A stretch of DNA of 64,000 bases from Tolypothrix carrinoi HA7290-LM1 (GCA_019358935.1 JAHHIK010000011.1:32001-96000), one strand, 5' to 3'; positions 19,368 through 29,203 are shown, counted from the first letter of the stretch. Notes: a model not told the origin generated them from the sequence alone. Translations and numbers: made by a program.

Positions 19368-19684
19368 ACATCTACCGGGAAGATATAGAACAGATCAAGT
19401 TTCTCTATATATACCAAGGCAAAATCAAAGTCGGATTTTTTGTACGCTTCTCTAACCATTAGTCGCCGATTTGTCTTGGTGCGGCGATTATCTACGACAT
19501 AATTACCTGAAGGCTGATCAAACCAGGCATATTTAACTTGGATTTTAATCAGAGTTCCTTCGACATCAAACGCCAAATCGTAAGGAAGGCGATCGCCAAC
19601 GGGCTTTAAAACTCCCCAACCACGCTTTAAGGCATGAAGAATTGCAGCTTGTTCTGCTATGTCTCCTCTTAGCTTTGTGTCCAT
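19202..19684 (-). CDS. free-standing group I intron-associated PD-(D/E)XK homing endonuclease (I-Ssp6803I-like)
   Basis: GDIAE...G..V..PVGDRLPYDL...IKIQVK pattern; about 160 aa; adjacent to intron-containing tRNA-fMet. Confidence 0.88.
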   Translation of the reverse strand: MDTKLRGDIAEQAAILHALKRGWGVLKPVGDRLPYDLAFDVEGTLIKIQVKYAWFDQPSGNYVVDNRRTKTNRRLMVREAYKKSDFDFALVYIEKLDLFYIFPVDVFISYGSEIHFVETDKRQRKPRSAKYRDAWELILLPFVSKENCLELPVEFVQGNF

Positions 19685-19715
19685 TTGTTACTTGGATATA
19701 GCTGCTAATCAGCAT

Positions 19716-19760
19716 AAAACAAAACCCTGCAACTTTTGAGTGTTACAGGGTTTTGTTTTT
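19716..19760 (-). terminator. intrinsic terminator hairpin after tRNA-fMet
   Basis: AAAACAAAACCCTG...CAGGGTTTTGTTTT stem with A/T tails. Confidence 0.75.
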
Positions 19761-19765
19761 TAAGT

Positions 19766-20086
19766 TGGTGGCGGGAAGTGGATTTGAACCACTGACCTTC
19801 GGGTTATGCTTACCATCTACAGTTTTCACTGCCTGGATTAACCAGTTTGTGGTCTGGACTGTCCCTTTACCCTCAGCTTTCCTGTTAGGGTACCTGCCTT
19901 CCAGTCTCTACACCTTCTCCATTTCTGGAGCTTGGTTCGGGATTACCGCGCTAGTGGCTTCCCCGAGTTTGACAGGTAATCATACGTAAGTTTCTTTACG
20001 TACCGCCCATAGTAAGACTAACTTTTAAGCGTTTAGTCAATCTTACTCGTTGAGCCCGACGAGCTACCAGGCTGCTCTATCCCGCG
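19766..20086 (-). tRNA. trnfM: tRNA-fMet (CAU), split: exon 1 20086-20053, exon 2 19808-19766
   Basis: Spliced 77 nt CGCGGGATAGAGCAGCCTGGTAGCTCGTCGGGCT/CATAACCCGAAGGTCAGTGGTTCAAATCCACTTCCCGCCACCA; three G-C pairs in the anticodon stem, 1:72 mismatch, encoded CCA. Confidence 0.97.
19809..20052 (-). ncRNA. group I self-splicing intron (244 nt, no ORF) between U33 and C34 of tRNA-fMet
   Basis: P1 GCU|CA:UGGGC with U-G wobble; P AAACUCGGGGAAG, Q AAUCCCGAACCAAG, R GUAGAGACUG, S AAGGGACAGUCC; terminal G. Confidence 0.95.
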
Positions 20087-20127
20087 TCGTCTTTATTTAC
20101 TATAACCCAAGCTTTTAAATTTGGCAA

Positions 20128-21081
20128 CTACAAAAGTGATAATTCTCCAACAACTTCTAAACGCTTGTATTTCCCGAAGTTCATAAACTTTTCTGACAAA
20201 CTTTGAGCGACGCTGGGGCTAATCCAGCCCATCTGCTGAAGCACATGAATAGCAACAGCGTATTTTGCTCGCTTTGCTCCATCTATGACTTTAATTGCCA
20301 ATCCCATGCCTTCACCAAGTCGAGAAATGCACTGCACTCCTTCGGCACCGGATTTACTTACCAGTTCTCCTGGAGCCAAACGCATCAGTTCTGTATCAAA
20401 TTCTCCGTCTCCCGCTACCAAATTGGGATGATGAGTCATGGCACGGACAATGCGCTCCATATCCAAATTGTTACCCGACGCTAGCAGAGCATATAAAGAC
20501 GCTATTTGAGCAAGTTGCATGAAATAGGTGGGTACACCACAATCATCACGAGCGCTGATAAATTCTTCTGCCGGCATTCGTAGCAATTCTGCTACTTTGC
20601 TGACAATCAATTGCTGGATGGGGTGTTTGCGTTCCAAGTAGTTATTTAAAGGAAAATGGCGCTGCTGACACACGGCTAACATCCCCGCATGTTTACCAGA
20701 GCAGTTGTATTCCAAACGACTTTTTTTACCTTCGGGAATCGGACATTGAAGTGCGCTGGGATCGAGATCGGCACGCCAAAGAATATTAAATGCTTGTCGT
20801 ACCTGCTCGATTGTACCTTTGTGAGAAGATACGATAATTGCTAAGTCGCGATCGCTCAAATCATAACGTTCCAGTGTACCTGTGCTGGTAACAGCCAGTG
20901 CCTGAAATGGTTTGAGGGCTGAACGGACAAAAGTTGCTGTTTCGGCGTTTCCCGCAACGGATAGCACCCGTCCCCGTTCATCGCAGACAACAGCTTGGAC
21001 TATGTGCCTCGATTCAATAATCCCTTCCCGCAGCAACCTTACTTCAAGTGCTGCCGCTTGAGTTCGTTTTCCCCTGGTCAT
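20128..21081 (-). CDS. L-asparaginase II family protein
   Basis: RSALKPFQA, SH, NCSGKHAGML, SKSGAEG, KVIDGAKRA motifs. Confidence 0.92.
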   Translation of the reverse strand: MTRGKRTQAAALEVRLLREGIIESRHIVQAVVCDERGRVLSVAGNAETATFVRSALKPFQALAVTSTGTLERYDLSDRDLAIIVSSHKGTIEQVRQAFNILWRADLDPSALQCPIPEGKKSRLEYNCSGKHAGMLAVCQQRHFPLNNYLERKHPIQQLIVSKVAELLRMPAEEFISARDDCGVPTYFMQLAQIASLYALLASGNNLDMERIVRAMTHHPNLVAGDGEFDTELMRLAPGELVSKSGAEGVQCISRLGEGMGLAIKVIDGAKRAKYAVAIHVLQQMGWISPSVAQSLSEKFMNFGKYKRLEVVGELSLL

Positions 21082-21168
21082 GGGTGAGAATATATCATTT
21101 TTTGGAGTTGTGAGTTATGAGTTATGAGTTATGAGTTATTCCTTGATTAACTAATCACTCCTAACTAT

Positions 21169-21669
21169 TTAAAGTAAATGCCAAATTATCGTACCAGCAA
21201 CTAGCAATCCCGCCAAGCAAAGACTCGTTATTTGTAAGCGACGGATAATTGGTTTGATTTCATAGCTGACGATTAAGCGATCGCGCATTAGGACTTCTTG
21301 GGGTTTTGCCCAAGTTTGTCCGTCGTACCAACCTGATTCTTCATAAAATATTACCGGACTGAACAGGCGATCGCGTATATAAGACCAGCCCAAATACAGC
21401 CTTATCAGTCCCAGAACTACCCCTACACTCGCTCCACCAGCTCCACACAGCAGAAACTGGGCAATATACTTATTTGGGGTAAAACTTGCTGCCGCAACTG
21501 GTGCTGCCACCACCCAAGATAAACCCCAAATCCAAACCATTTTTGTGATATACTCGCGCCAACTTAAGGTGCAATCACGAAATAGCCAAGAAATTTTTAA
21601 TTCTTCATACTCATTCAGCGGTTGCTGTTCAGCGGGAACTGGGCAATTTGAAACCGAGGAATTTATCAT
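21169..21669 (-). CDS. Ycf36/CGLD27 (DUF1230) membrane protein
   Basis: [33 protein letters not shown] motifs. Confidence 0.9.
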   Translation of the reverse strand: MINSSVSNCPVPAEQQPLNEYEELKISWLFRDCTLSWREYITKMVWIWGLSWVVAAPVAAASFTPNKYIAQFLLCGAGGASVGVVLGLIRLYLGWSYIRDRLFSPVIFYEESGWYDGQTWAKPQEVLMRDRLIVSYEIKPIIRRLQITSLCLAGLLVAGTIIWHLL

Positions 21670-22121
21670 GTTGGTTTACCCCCACCCTCAGAAGGTTTTG
21701 GATACTCTATGCGTTCCGCATGACCCCAAAACGCTTCTAAATTATAAAACTCGCGTTCTTTAGGCATCATCACATGAACGATTATGTCGCCGTAGTCTTG
21801 CAAAACCCAATTTCCCTCGGCTTTTCCTGCTGTCCGCAAGGGATTTCGTTGTAACTCTGTAAAGACTTTTTCTTCTATTGCGTCGGCGATCGCTCTTACT
21901 TGTACTCTTGAATAACCAGTCATCATCACAAAGTAATCCGCCAAGTAAGATACTTCTGCTACATGAAGCAATACAATATCACCTGCTTTGCGATCTGATG
22001 CTGCTTCGACGATAGTTTCCGCTAACTTTCTACTCATCTGGTCGCTGTCAGTTGATGAGCTTGGAAATGCTTTCTCGCTTAAAAATACAGATTGTAATGG
22101 AATTCCTTGGAAATCAGACAT
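21666..22121 (-). CDS. rsfS: ribosome silencing factor
   Basis: [36 protein letters not shown]. Confidence 0.95.
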   Translation of the reverse strand: MSDFQGIPLQSVFLSEKAFPSSSTDSDQMSRKLAETIVEAASDRKAGDIVLLHVAEVSYLADYFVMMTGYSRVQVRAIADAIEEKVFTELQRNPLRTAGKAEGNWVLQDYGDIIVHVMMPKEREFYNLEAFWGHAERIEYPKPSEGGGKPT

Positions 22122-22284
22122 TAAACCTCAGGTGCTTTCTGTTTTTTGGCAACTACTTTTTACAATTCTTAATTAATAAAATTTAAGAGAATTGTAAAAG
22201 TGCGAACTGGTTTTTTTGAATACTAACAAAAAATCGATTGTCGTTGAAGTTGCATTGATAATTGGTGTGATGTTACCATCGACC

Positions 22285-22884
22285 TCAGCTGACAAAGGGA
22301 CGGATTGTGGTTTGCTTGCGTGATTTTTGCAAGAACCAATTCCGGGTTAAGATTGTGCGCTGATGAATCAAGCAAGAACTTTCGATTAAGAATTTTAAAG
22401 AATAATCGCTAGTTTTCCAGACAGCTCTGTCTATATTTTCTCGGCTAATAGCTCGTAGATTTTCTAATTCTGGGGTATCGCCGCGTCCTGGTTCCAGAGT
22501 ATCTGCTACAAACACGATACAACTTAGGAGACTCATACCTGGTCTACCTAAAGTGTGATTGGCGATCGCTTGTAATACTTCTTCATCTTCTACGCCAAAT
22601 GTATCTCTAGCGATAATAGCACTTACGTCTGCATGTAACAGATGGGGGGCGGCTTCCATCACATAATCAACTTCCAAACCTTCTTTACGTGCGATTGACA
22701 AGAGTTTTTGTGGCGGAAAGTATTTTGCCAAATCGTGCATCAACCCTGATGTAGCAGCTTTTGTTACATCTTCAAGTTGATAATGAACAGCTAGCTCAAT
22801 TGCCATCTGCTCTACTCTGAGAATATGGTTGACTCTAGAAGGAGGCACATTTTCTGCTAACCAGGCGAGGACTTGTTCGCGCAT
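22285..22884 (-). CDS. yqeK: YqeK-type HD-domain Ap4A hydrolase
   Basis: H..RV, GLMHDLAK, LLHA, NHTLG, ADTLEPGR; adjacent to rsfS. Confidence 0.88.
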   Translation of the reverse strand: MREQVLAWLAENVPPSRVNHILRVEQMAIELAVHYQLEDVTKAATSGLMHDLAKYFPPQKLLSIARKEGLEVDYVMEAAPHLLHADVSAIIARDTFGVEDEEVLQAIANHTLGRPGMSLLSCIVFVADTLEPGRGDTPELENLRAISRENIDRAVWKTSDYSLKFLIESSCLIHQRTILTRNWFLQKSRKQTTIRPFVS

Positions 22885-23115
22885 AATGGCTATAACGAAT
22901 TGAAGCTTTTGGCAAAAAACCGCTTTCGAGGTGAATGATAAATTTATATTTTATTTTAACCGAGTTCTCACTTTGAATTGGGTTAACTGAGCGATCGCCT
23001 AACTTTTTGCCATATATACCTATATTTTACACATTTAAACAGCCAGAAGCAGGAGCTAGTTTAAAACTATCTCCTGCTAATCTGACGTGCGATTTTAATC
23101 TAATGGTACTATAGA

Positions 23116-24387
23116 TTACACTTCCTGTTTTGACACTACCGTAGACTCAATAATTGGAGTCTGTGCCTTGACTGAGTAACACAACAACTCATAATTATTT
23201 AAGGCTTGGTCAAACGAATATTGCTCAATCGCAAATTGGCGACTGTTATAACCGAGAGTTTTAACTTTTTCTGGATTTTGGTACAAGTCTAAAACTGCCG
23301 CTGCTAAAGCTTGCGAGTCTTCTGGAGTCACCACAAGACCCCCGCCACTTTGTTTAATCGCTCTTGCTGCTGTACCATTATCGGGTACAGATGCGACTAA
23401 CGCCCGACCGCTGGCAAGTAGCACTTGAATTTTTGATGGCATATTGAAGGATATAACATTTTTCTTTTGCACCACCAAACCGACATCAGCAGCTGCTAAC
23501 ATTTCTGGCAGCTTTTCGCGGGGTTGAAAAGGTAATAGTAAAACGTTATCTGCACCGATATTTTGACATTCTTGTTGCAATCGCTGCAAACCTTTTGCCT
23601 CACCGACAATCACAAAAGCAATATCGGGAACATCGCGCAACGCAGCAGCAGCTTTCACAACAGTTTCTAAGCCTTGGGTGAGGGCAATATTTCCAGAATA
23701 CAAAACGACAAATTTGCCATCTAGGTTGTGTGCGGCACGAAAAGCGTTATTTTCTTTCGGCAAAGGGCGGATAAAATTAACATCAACCCAGTTAGGAATT
23801 TGCACAATTTTGTTAGCAGGTACACCTTTAGAACGCAAATTATCTACAAAACCATCGGCGATGACGCTTATTTTTGTTGCAGTGCGGTAAGCAAATTTTT
23901 CTAAAGTGGCAAAAACCTGGATGAGAAATTTATTTTTGAGTAAACCGACGTGAACAGCGGCTTCGGGTAATATATCTTGAAGATTTAACACTACCGGGCA
24001 ATCATGCAGCCATCCTAAAAGGGTAGTTGGGATGCAAACCGGTAAAGATGGTGACGTGGAGAGAATTACATCTGGACGCCAGCCAAAAAGCGCGGGCAAA
24101 AAACTGGAGACAACGAAGCTAGCATCTAGCAACACTCGATCTAGCAAGTTGGGTTGAGGACGAATCCAAACATAACTGCGTTGGATTTGAACGCCATTTT
24201 TATATTCATTTACATATAACTTGCCCCGATAGCCTTCGTATATTTGACGTTCAGGGTAGTTAGGCATAGCAGTAACTACGCGTACTTCATGCCCGCGTTT
24301 GACTAGTCCCTCTGCTAATTCAGTCATTAGAGGGGCGATACCAATTGGTTCTGGATAGTAGTTGTAGGAGTAAATTAAAATTCGCAT
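23116..24387 (-). CDS. glycosyltransferase family 4 (WcaI-like)
   Basis: YNYYPEPIG, PNWVD, YSGNI, MPSKI motifs. Confidence 0.92.
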   Translation of the reverse strand: MRILIYSYNYYPEPIGIAPLMTELAEGLVKRGHEVRVVTAMPNYPERQIYEGYRGKLYVNEYKNGVQIQRSYVWIRPQPNLLDRVLLDASFVVSSFLPALFGWRPDVILSTSPSLPVCIPTTLLGWLHDCPVVLNLQDILPEAAVHVGLLKNKFLIQVFATLEKFAYRTATKISVIADGFVDNLRSKGVPANKIVQIPNWVDVNFIRPLPKENNAFRAAHNLDGKFVVLYSGNIALTQGLETVVKAAAALRDVPDIAFVIVGEAKGLQRLQQECQNIGADNVLLLPFQPREKLPEMLAAADVGLVVQKKNVISFNMPSKIQVLLASGRALVASVPDNGTAARAIKQSGGGLVVTPEDSQALAAAVLDLYQNPEKVKTLGYNSRQFAIEQYSFDQALNNYELLCYSVKAQTPIIESTVVSKQEV

Positions 24388-24641
24388 AAAAAATTATTCA
24401 GAATGACCCCAGTTTTTTGTTTAATGAATGACAACACTTGCTAGCAAAATCGTTTCGCACAAGCGTAGCGCCTATGTTTTAATTTTGGCTTTAAAATCTC
24501 TTCATGTCAGTGATTATTCGTTGAAGATTGAGTAAAATTTGATAGCATGTGCTGAGTTAGTACATGATATTTTTTTTACTATTTGATTAATTTTTGGAGT
24601 ATATGTTTTTATTATTCATTTACGTAAAAACCGTTTGAAGA

Positions 24642-24818
24642 AAGGCAGAGGGCAGGAGGCAGCTATGCTGAAGGAGCAATCGGATGGGGATTCAAACCCC
24701 AACCGATTGAATCCACCGTGTAGACGGTGGGGTTTTATACCCAGTTGGCTCCAGCCAGAAGGCTGAATCAAAGACATAATTTATACCTTCTGCCCTCTGC
24801 CCTCTGCCTTCTGCCTTC
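24642..24818. mobile_element. MITE-like element with opposed GGCAGA(G/A) / TCTGCC tandem ends
   Basis: Inverted terminal tandem heptamers flank internal hairpins. Confidence 0.6.
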
Positions 24819-25087
24819 CGCCGAAGGCGGATAATTATTAGTAGAATAGGACACGAGACACGGCAGATTTTGCTAACAATAGCGGTATTGCCACGGTTTT
24901 TAATCAATTTCTGACTTAAAAATTGAGATAGTAGAACTTAAAAAATATTGCTAAGTTGTGTGCCAGCAGCTTTGCCTGGAGGCATTTTTAAAGAGAAAAT
25001 ACATTGGCAACATACAAACCATCGCTTTGCGGGTTCTGTTGCTTAATCGCTAGGGGTTTTTTCAAAAAGACTATTGGGAGTATGAAG

Positions 25088-25123
25088 GCGATGTCTATCG
25101 ACAAGCCTTTCCCTTGTCTACGC
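25088..25123 (+). repeat. small dispersed repeat inserted in a HIP1 site
   Basis: GCGAT-[gtctatcgacaagcctttcccttgtcta]-CGC. Confidence 0.7.
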
Positions 25124-25216
25124 ACTCGTATGGTTACAAAAATTTATGTAAATCTACTCAAATAACTTTTAAAATCTTTATTTTGGCAGATGTTTTGCGT
25201 AAGGCGGGTAAAAACG

Positions 25217-25249
25217 AGAATCCCGGTTTCTTTAAGAAACCGGGATTCT
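25217..25249. repeat. palindrome AGAATCCCGGTTTCT-N3-AGAAACCGGGATTCT
   Basis: 15-bp perfect inverted repeat. Confidence 0.75.
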
Positions 25250-25326
25250 GAACGTCATGCTGAATAGTTAAAAGACAAGAATAGGACACTTGCGTGCTTT
25301 GGTAAAACTGTCCTTCTTTCTTGCAT

Positions 25327-25421
25327 AGGAATGAGCGCAAAAATAATAGCCAAAGCTTATTATACAGTAGCGGGAATTCATGAATTACCGCTACTTACGA
25401 CGTTACTATTGCGTAAGTTCT
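25327..25421. mobile_element. MITE-like element related to 17352-17441
   Basis: AGGAATGAGCGCA...TGCGTAAGTTCT ends; internal gtagcgggaattcatgaattaccgctac. Confidence 0.7.
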
Positions 25422-25444
25422 GTTGTACTAATTTGGGTAATTGG

Positions 25445-26440
25445 CTAAACAGCACCACTATTTCTATTAAACAGGATGGCTACCGTTTTGAAAATCAGTT
25501 TTAAATCGTACAGTAAGCTCCAGTTTTTTTGATACTGCAAATCTAAGCGAATTACATCCTCAAAACTACGTACAGCAGAGCGCCCATTTACTTGCCATTC
25601 TCCTGTCATACCGGGTTTAACATCCAAACGTTGCCACTCCGGTACTTCATAGCGTTCCACCTCATCGGGTGTGGGTGGTCTGGTGCCAACTAAACTCATT
25701 TCTCCTTTAAGGACGTTCCAAAATTGGGGGAGTTCATCCAAACTGGTTCGCCGCAAAAAGCGCCCAACCCGTGTAATTCTTGGGTCGTTGTCATTCTTAA
25801 AGAAAGCACCTTCGACTTGATTTTTGACTTGAGCTTTCTTCGCTTCTGCATCGACACACATCGAGCGGAATTTCCAAATCTGAAAACGTTTACCCATCCA
25901 ACCACAGCGGGTTTGCTTAAAGAAAATCGGACCGGGATCGTTGATTTGAATGGCAGTGGCTATGGGAATAAATAAAACTGCCGTAATTACCAAACCTACC
26001 AATGACCCGATAACATCTATAACCCGTTTCATCCAAGAGCGCACGCTTGGATGAGTAGTCGGTAACTGCTCACCCAACTTTTGGGGTTCTCTTGGGGGTG
26101 TGTCTCCAAGAGACTCAATCGAAAAAACCTGATCCAGTCCTGTGAGGTTAAGCACTGCCATTACCTGAGGGGTAACATTTTGCAGTGTAAGAGCGATTCC
26201 TTTTTCCTGAGCGGTTTTCAAATTACTGACGAGGGCACCTAAACCACTACTGTCCATAAAAGTAGTTTGGTGGAAGTCAATAATTATTTGCTTGGGATGG
26301 GAATTTACCTCGATTAACTCTTGGCAGGTTTGCTTAAAGGTTACAGCCTCAAGCACGCTCAACCGTGCGGGTATCTGCACTATAGCCGTGTCGTTTAGGG
26401 AAGTAACCGGAAAATCCACCTCTTTGGGTTGGCTAGTCAT
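25445..26440 (-). CDS. STAS (anti-anti-sigma) domain + bacterial sugar transferase
   Basis: FMDSSGLGALV STAS motif; KR..D, KFRSM, DPRIT, SLDELPQF, GEMSLVGTRP, KPGMTG. Confidence 0.92.
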   Translation of the reverse strand: MTSQPKEVDFPVTSLNDTAIVQIPARLSVLEAVTFKQTCQELIEVNSHPKQIIIDFHQTTFMDSSGLGALVSNLKTAQEKGIALTLQNVTPQVMAVLNLTGLDQVFSIESLGDTPPREPQKLGEQLPTTHPSVRSWMKRVIDVIGSLVGLVITAVLFIPIATAIQINDPGPIFFKQTRCGWMGKRFQIWKFRSMCVDAEAKKAQVKNQVEGAFFKNDNDPRITRVGRFLRRTSLDELPQFWNVLKGEMSLVGTRPPTPDEVERYEVPEWQRLDVKPGMTGEWQVNGRSAVRSFEDVIRLDLQYQKNWSLLYDLKLIFKTVAILFNRNSGAV

Positions 26441-26661
26441 GAAGCTCTGCACTTTCGTTGCCTTATAAATGTAATCTGCCAAACAGTGTTTTGTCTTAGC
26501 GAATAACCGAACTATCGTGCTTAACCAATAGGAATCAAAGTTAATTGCTAGTAGCTTAGTGTGAAATTGAATATCGTCTGCGACGATTCACAATATAACA
26601 AAAAGCTAAAAAACATCCTTGTTGTTGTGTCGGCGCGACGAGTAGGCGTTGCTATCATCGA

Positions 26662-27062
26662 ATGACTGCTAATACTGTTACACCAACCGCACGCCCAGTC
26701 GAGGTCTTTTGTGCCATTCAAGAAGAAGGACTAAATGTGGGAACACGTCAAATTTTTATTCGGTTTGCTCTTTGTGATTGGCATTGTCACTTTTGTGATA
26801 GCGCTCACACTTGGAATGCACCCTCGATTTGTCGGATAGAGCGATCGCCTGGATTACGTGATGAGTGAAATTCACAAAGAATCCTGTCCCACTACCCATT
26901 TTAATAGAATGGGTTGAGCTGCAAAATCTACCTTGTCTACACGATAACATTAGCAAGACTTGGGGCGAACCACTTCTTCATGCCTTATTTTCAGATAATT
27001 TTTACCTCAAATCCGCTCCACCACTGGTTTACCTATATACCTGGAGACCGGCGGACATCGCA
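26662..27062 (+). pseudogene. queE: degenerate 7-carboxy-7-deazaguanine synthase (radical SAM)
   Basis: EVF.AIQ.EG..VG.RQIFIRF..CxxxCxxCDS, T(W)GEPL, YLETGG spread over three frames; truncated. Confidence 0.82.
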
Positions 27063-27133
27063 TGACAAACAATCATAGCGATGATTTTGCCCTACTTAGA
27101 TTCTGTAGGTTTGATGGGAGCGTTGTTGGTGGT

Positions 27134-27283
27134 TGGGCAATGGGCATTGGGCATTGGGCATTGGGCATTGGGCATTGGGCATTGGGCATTGGGCATTGGG
27201 CAATGGGCAATGGGCATTGGGCATTGGTAATTGTCTCCCTTGTCCCCCTTGTCCCCCTTGTCCCCCTTGTCCCCCTTGTCCCC
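27134..27283. repeat. STRR tracts (TTGGGCA)n and (TGTCCCCCT)n
   Basis: Tandem 7-mers and 9-mers. Confidence 0.95.
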
Positions 27284-27444
27284 ATGCCCGATGCCCGCTT
27301 GCCTGCTTGCCCCATGCCCCATGCCCCACTAACCCCAAACAGTTTTGTAAAGCTATCATCAAGCAAAAAATAAATTTGATGAATTTTTGGCGTCAAAATC
27401 AGTACATACTTTTACGGTTAATCTGTTCTTAATACCAAAGTCAG

Positions 27445-29007
27445 ATGCTGAGAAAGGTGATTATTTGGGTCTTAGCCATGATGAAAGCAAAACATTGGCT
27501 TTCCGTATTAAGCTGTTCGGTGATGGTCTGTGCAGCTAGCATTACGGGGTATGCAACATCAGCCTACGGTCTTTCTCTGACCAATACTCTGACAATTCCT
27601 GGTGAAAGTACGGATTTATATTCTTCTCTTGGTAATGGTGCTAACGCCAACCGTTTGGGATTTTTCTCGGATCTCTACTACGATCGCTACCAGAACGTTT
27701 ATTACGGTTTAAGCGATCGCGGTCCGGGTGGTGGTGTAATTGACTATAATCCGCGAGTAGAGAAATTTTCTTTGGATGTTGACTCAAAAACGGGGGCGAT
27801 CGCTAACTTTAAACTATTAGACACTATTCTTTTCACTAAGGATGGTCAAAACTTCAACGGCTTGAAGCCTGATTTATTACCTAACGGCAATAAAGCATCT
27901 CTTGGTCTTAGCTTTGACTCTGAGGGGTTTGCTGTCGCTTCTAACGGCAACTTCTACGTCTCTGATGAATATGGTCCGTCTGTTTACGAATTCAGTCCTA
28001 CAGGCTCATTTATCCGGGCATTTGCAACTCCAGAAAATATAATTCCCAAACAAAGTGATGGGACAATTAACTATGTTGATGGTCGTCCAACCATTACCAG
28101 CGGTCGTCAAGATAACCGAGGATTTGAAGGATTGACTCTTAGCCCGGATGGTAGCAAACTATATACATTGCTGCAAGACCCCTTGGTAAATGAAGGTTCG
28201 CCAGATGGTCGGCGCAGTCGCAATATAAGATTAGTAGAATTTGATACGAAAACAGGTAAAAGTACTGCTCAGTACATTTATCAATTAGAAAGTTTGGCAG
28301 ATATTAACGATCGCATTCCCGGAACCAATGATGATTTTGGGGCAAATTCCCAAGGTCGCAATATTGGGATCAGTGCAATTACAGCTTTGAATGACAAAGA
28401 ATTTTTGGTGCTAGAACGAGATAATCGCGGGTTTGGGGTAGACGCGCTACTAGGTCTAACTGAAAACCCATCGACAACACCACAGCCTGTTGGTAGCAAG
28501 CGTGTATATAAGATTAACCTGACGGATGCAACCGATGTTAGCGGTATCAGTCTGGCAAATACTAATACTTTGCTAGCGCAAATCAATCCCGTCAACAAAT
28601 CGCTATTTTTGGATATTGCGAAAGCTTTGAGTCCAGATAATTCGGGAGATTGGACAAAGATAGCAGAAAAAATGGAAGGACTAGCGATCGGTCCACAACT
28701 TAAAGATGGTTCCTATACGCTGCTAATTGGTACTGATAATGATTACAGCGTGACGCAAATTGGCGATCAGTTAACACAGTTCGATATTTGCAGTAACAAC
28801 AATGGTACTAGCGTTAGTCGCCTACCCATCGACAAAGGCTGTCCTACAGGTCAAAAGTTAGTCCCTGGCTACCTTTATTCATTTAAAGTGACTGCCGCTG
28901 AGTTAGGCAACTTTATTCCACCATCTAAGAAAGTACCAGAACCAACGGCAACTGTTGGGATAATGCTGCTAGGTTTAAGTGGCTTTTGGTTGAAACGGCG
29001 TTCTTAG
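27445..29007 (+). CDS. esterase-like/phytase-like secreted protein with PEP-CTERM tail (start may be 27478/27481)
   Basis: Signal peptide, SDRGP, DSEG, SDEYGP, NRGFEG, KMEGL, DND motifs; VPEP-TM-KRR C-terminus. Confidence 0.9.
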   Translation: MLRKVIIWVLAMMKAKHWLSVLSCSVMVCAASITGYATSAYGLSLTNTLTIPGESTDLYSSLGNGANANRLGFFSDLYYDRYQNVYYGLSDRGPGGGVIDYNPRVEKFSLDVDSKTGAIANFKLLDTILFTKDGQNFNGLKPDLLPNGNKASLGLSFDSEGFAVASNGNFYVSDEYGPSVYEFSPTGSFIRAFATPENIIPKQSDGTINYVDGRPTITSGRQDNRGFEGLTLSPDGSKLYTLLQDPLVNEGSPDGRRSRNIRLVEFDTKTGKSTAQYIYQLESLADINDRIPGTNDDFGANSQGRNIGISAITALNDKEFLVLERDNRGFGVDALLGLTENPSTTPQPVGSKRVYKINLTDATDVSGISLANTNTLLAQINPVNKSLFLDIAKALSPDNSGDWTKIAEKMEGLAIGPQLKDGSYTLLIGTDNDYSVTQIGDQLTQFDICSNNNGTSVSRLPIDKGCPTGQKLVPGYLYSFKVTAAELGNFIPPSKKVPEPTATVGIMLLGLSGFWLKRRS

Positions 29008-29013
29008 GTAAGA

Positions 29014-29196
29014 GGGAATGGGGAATGGGGAATGGGGAATGGGGAATGGGGAATGGGGAATGGGGAATGGGTAATCGGGCAAGAGAGGGAAAATTCCTCC
29101 TTGTCCTCCTTGTCCCCCTTGTCCCCCTGTCCCCTTGTCCCCTTGTCCCCCTTGTCCCCCTTGTCCCCCTTGTCCCCCTTGTCCCCCTTGTCCCCC
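29014..29196. repeat. STRR tracts (GGGAATG)n and (TTGTCCCCC)n
   Basis: Tandem repeats between convergent genes. Confidence 0.95.
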
Positions 29197-29203
29197 TATC
29201 TCC

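Noticed and set aside
19753..19989. 78-aa ORF as a possible intron-encoded protein
   Set aside because: Antisense to the tRNA exon and intron core; no protein motif
14828..20086. Classical integrase-driven island at the tRNA
   Set aside because: No integrase gene and no duplicated tRNA 3' end seen; the duplications involve protein-coding sequence instead
27062..27432. Overlapping ORFs with GHWAL/CPMPNA/GQG repeats
   Set aside because: Translations of 7-mer and 9-mer STRR tracts in several frames; not credible proteins
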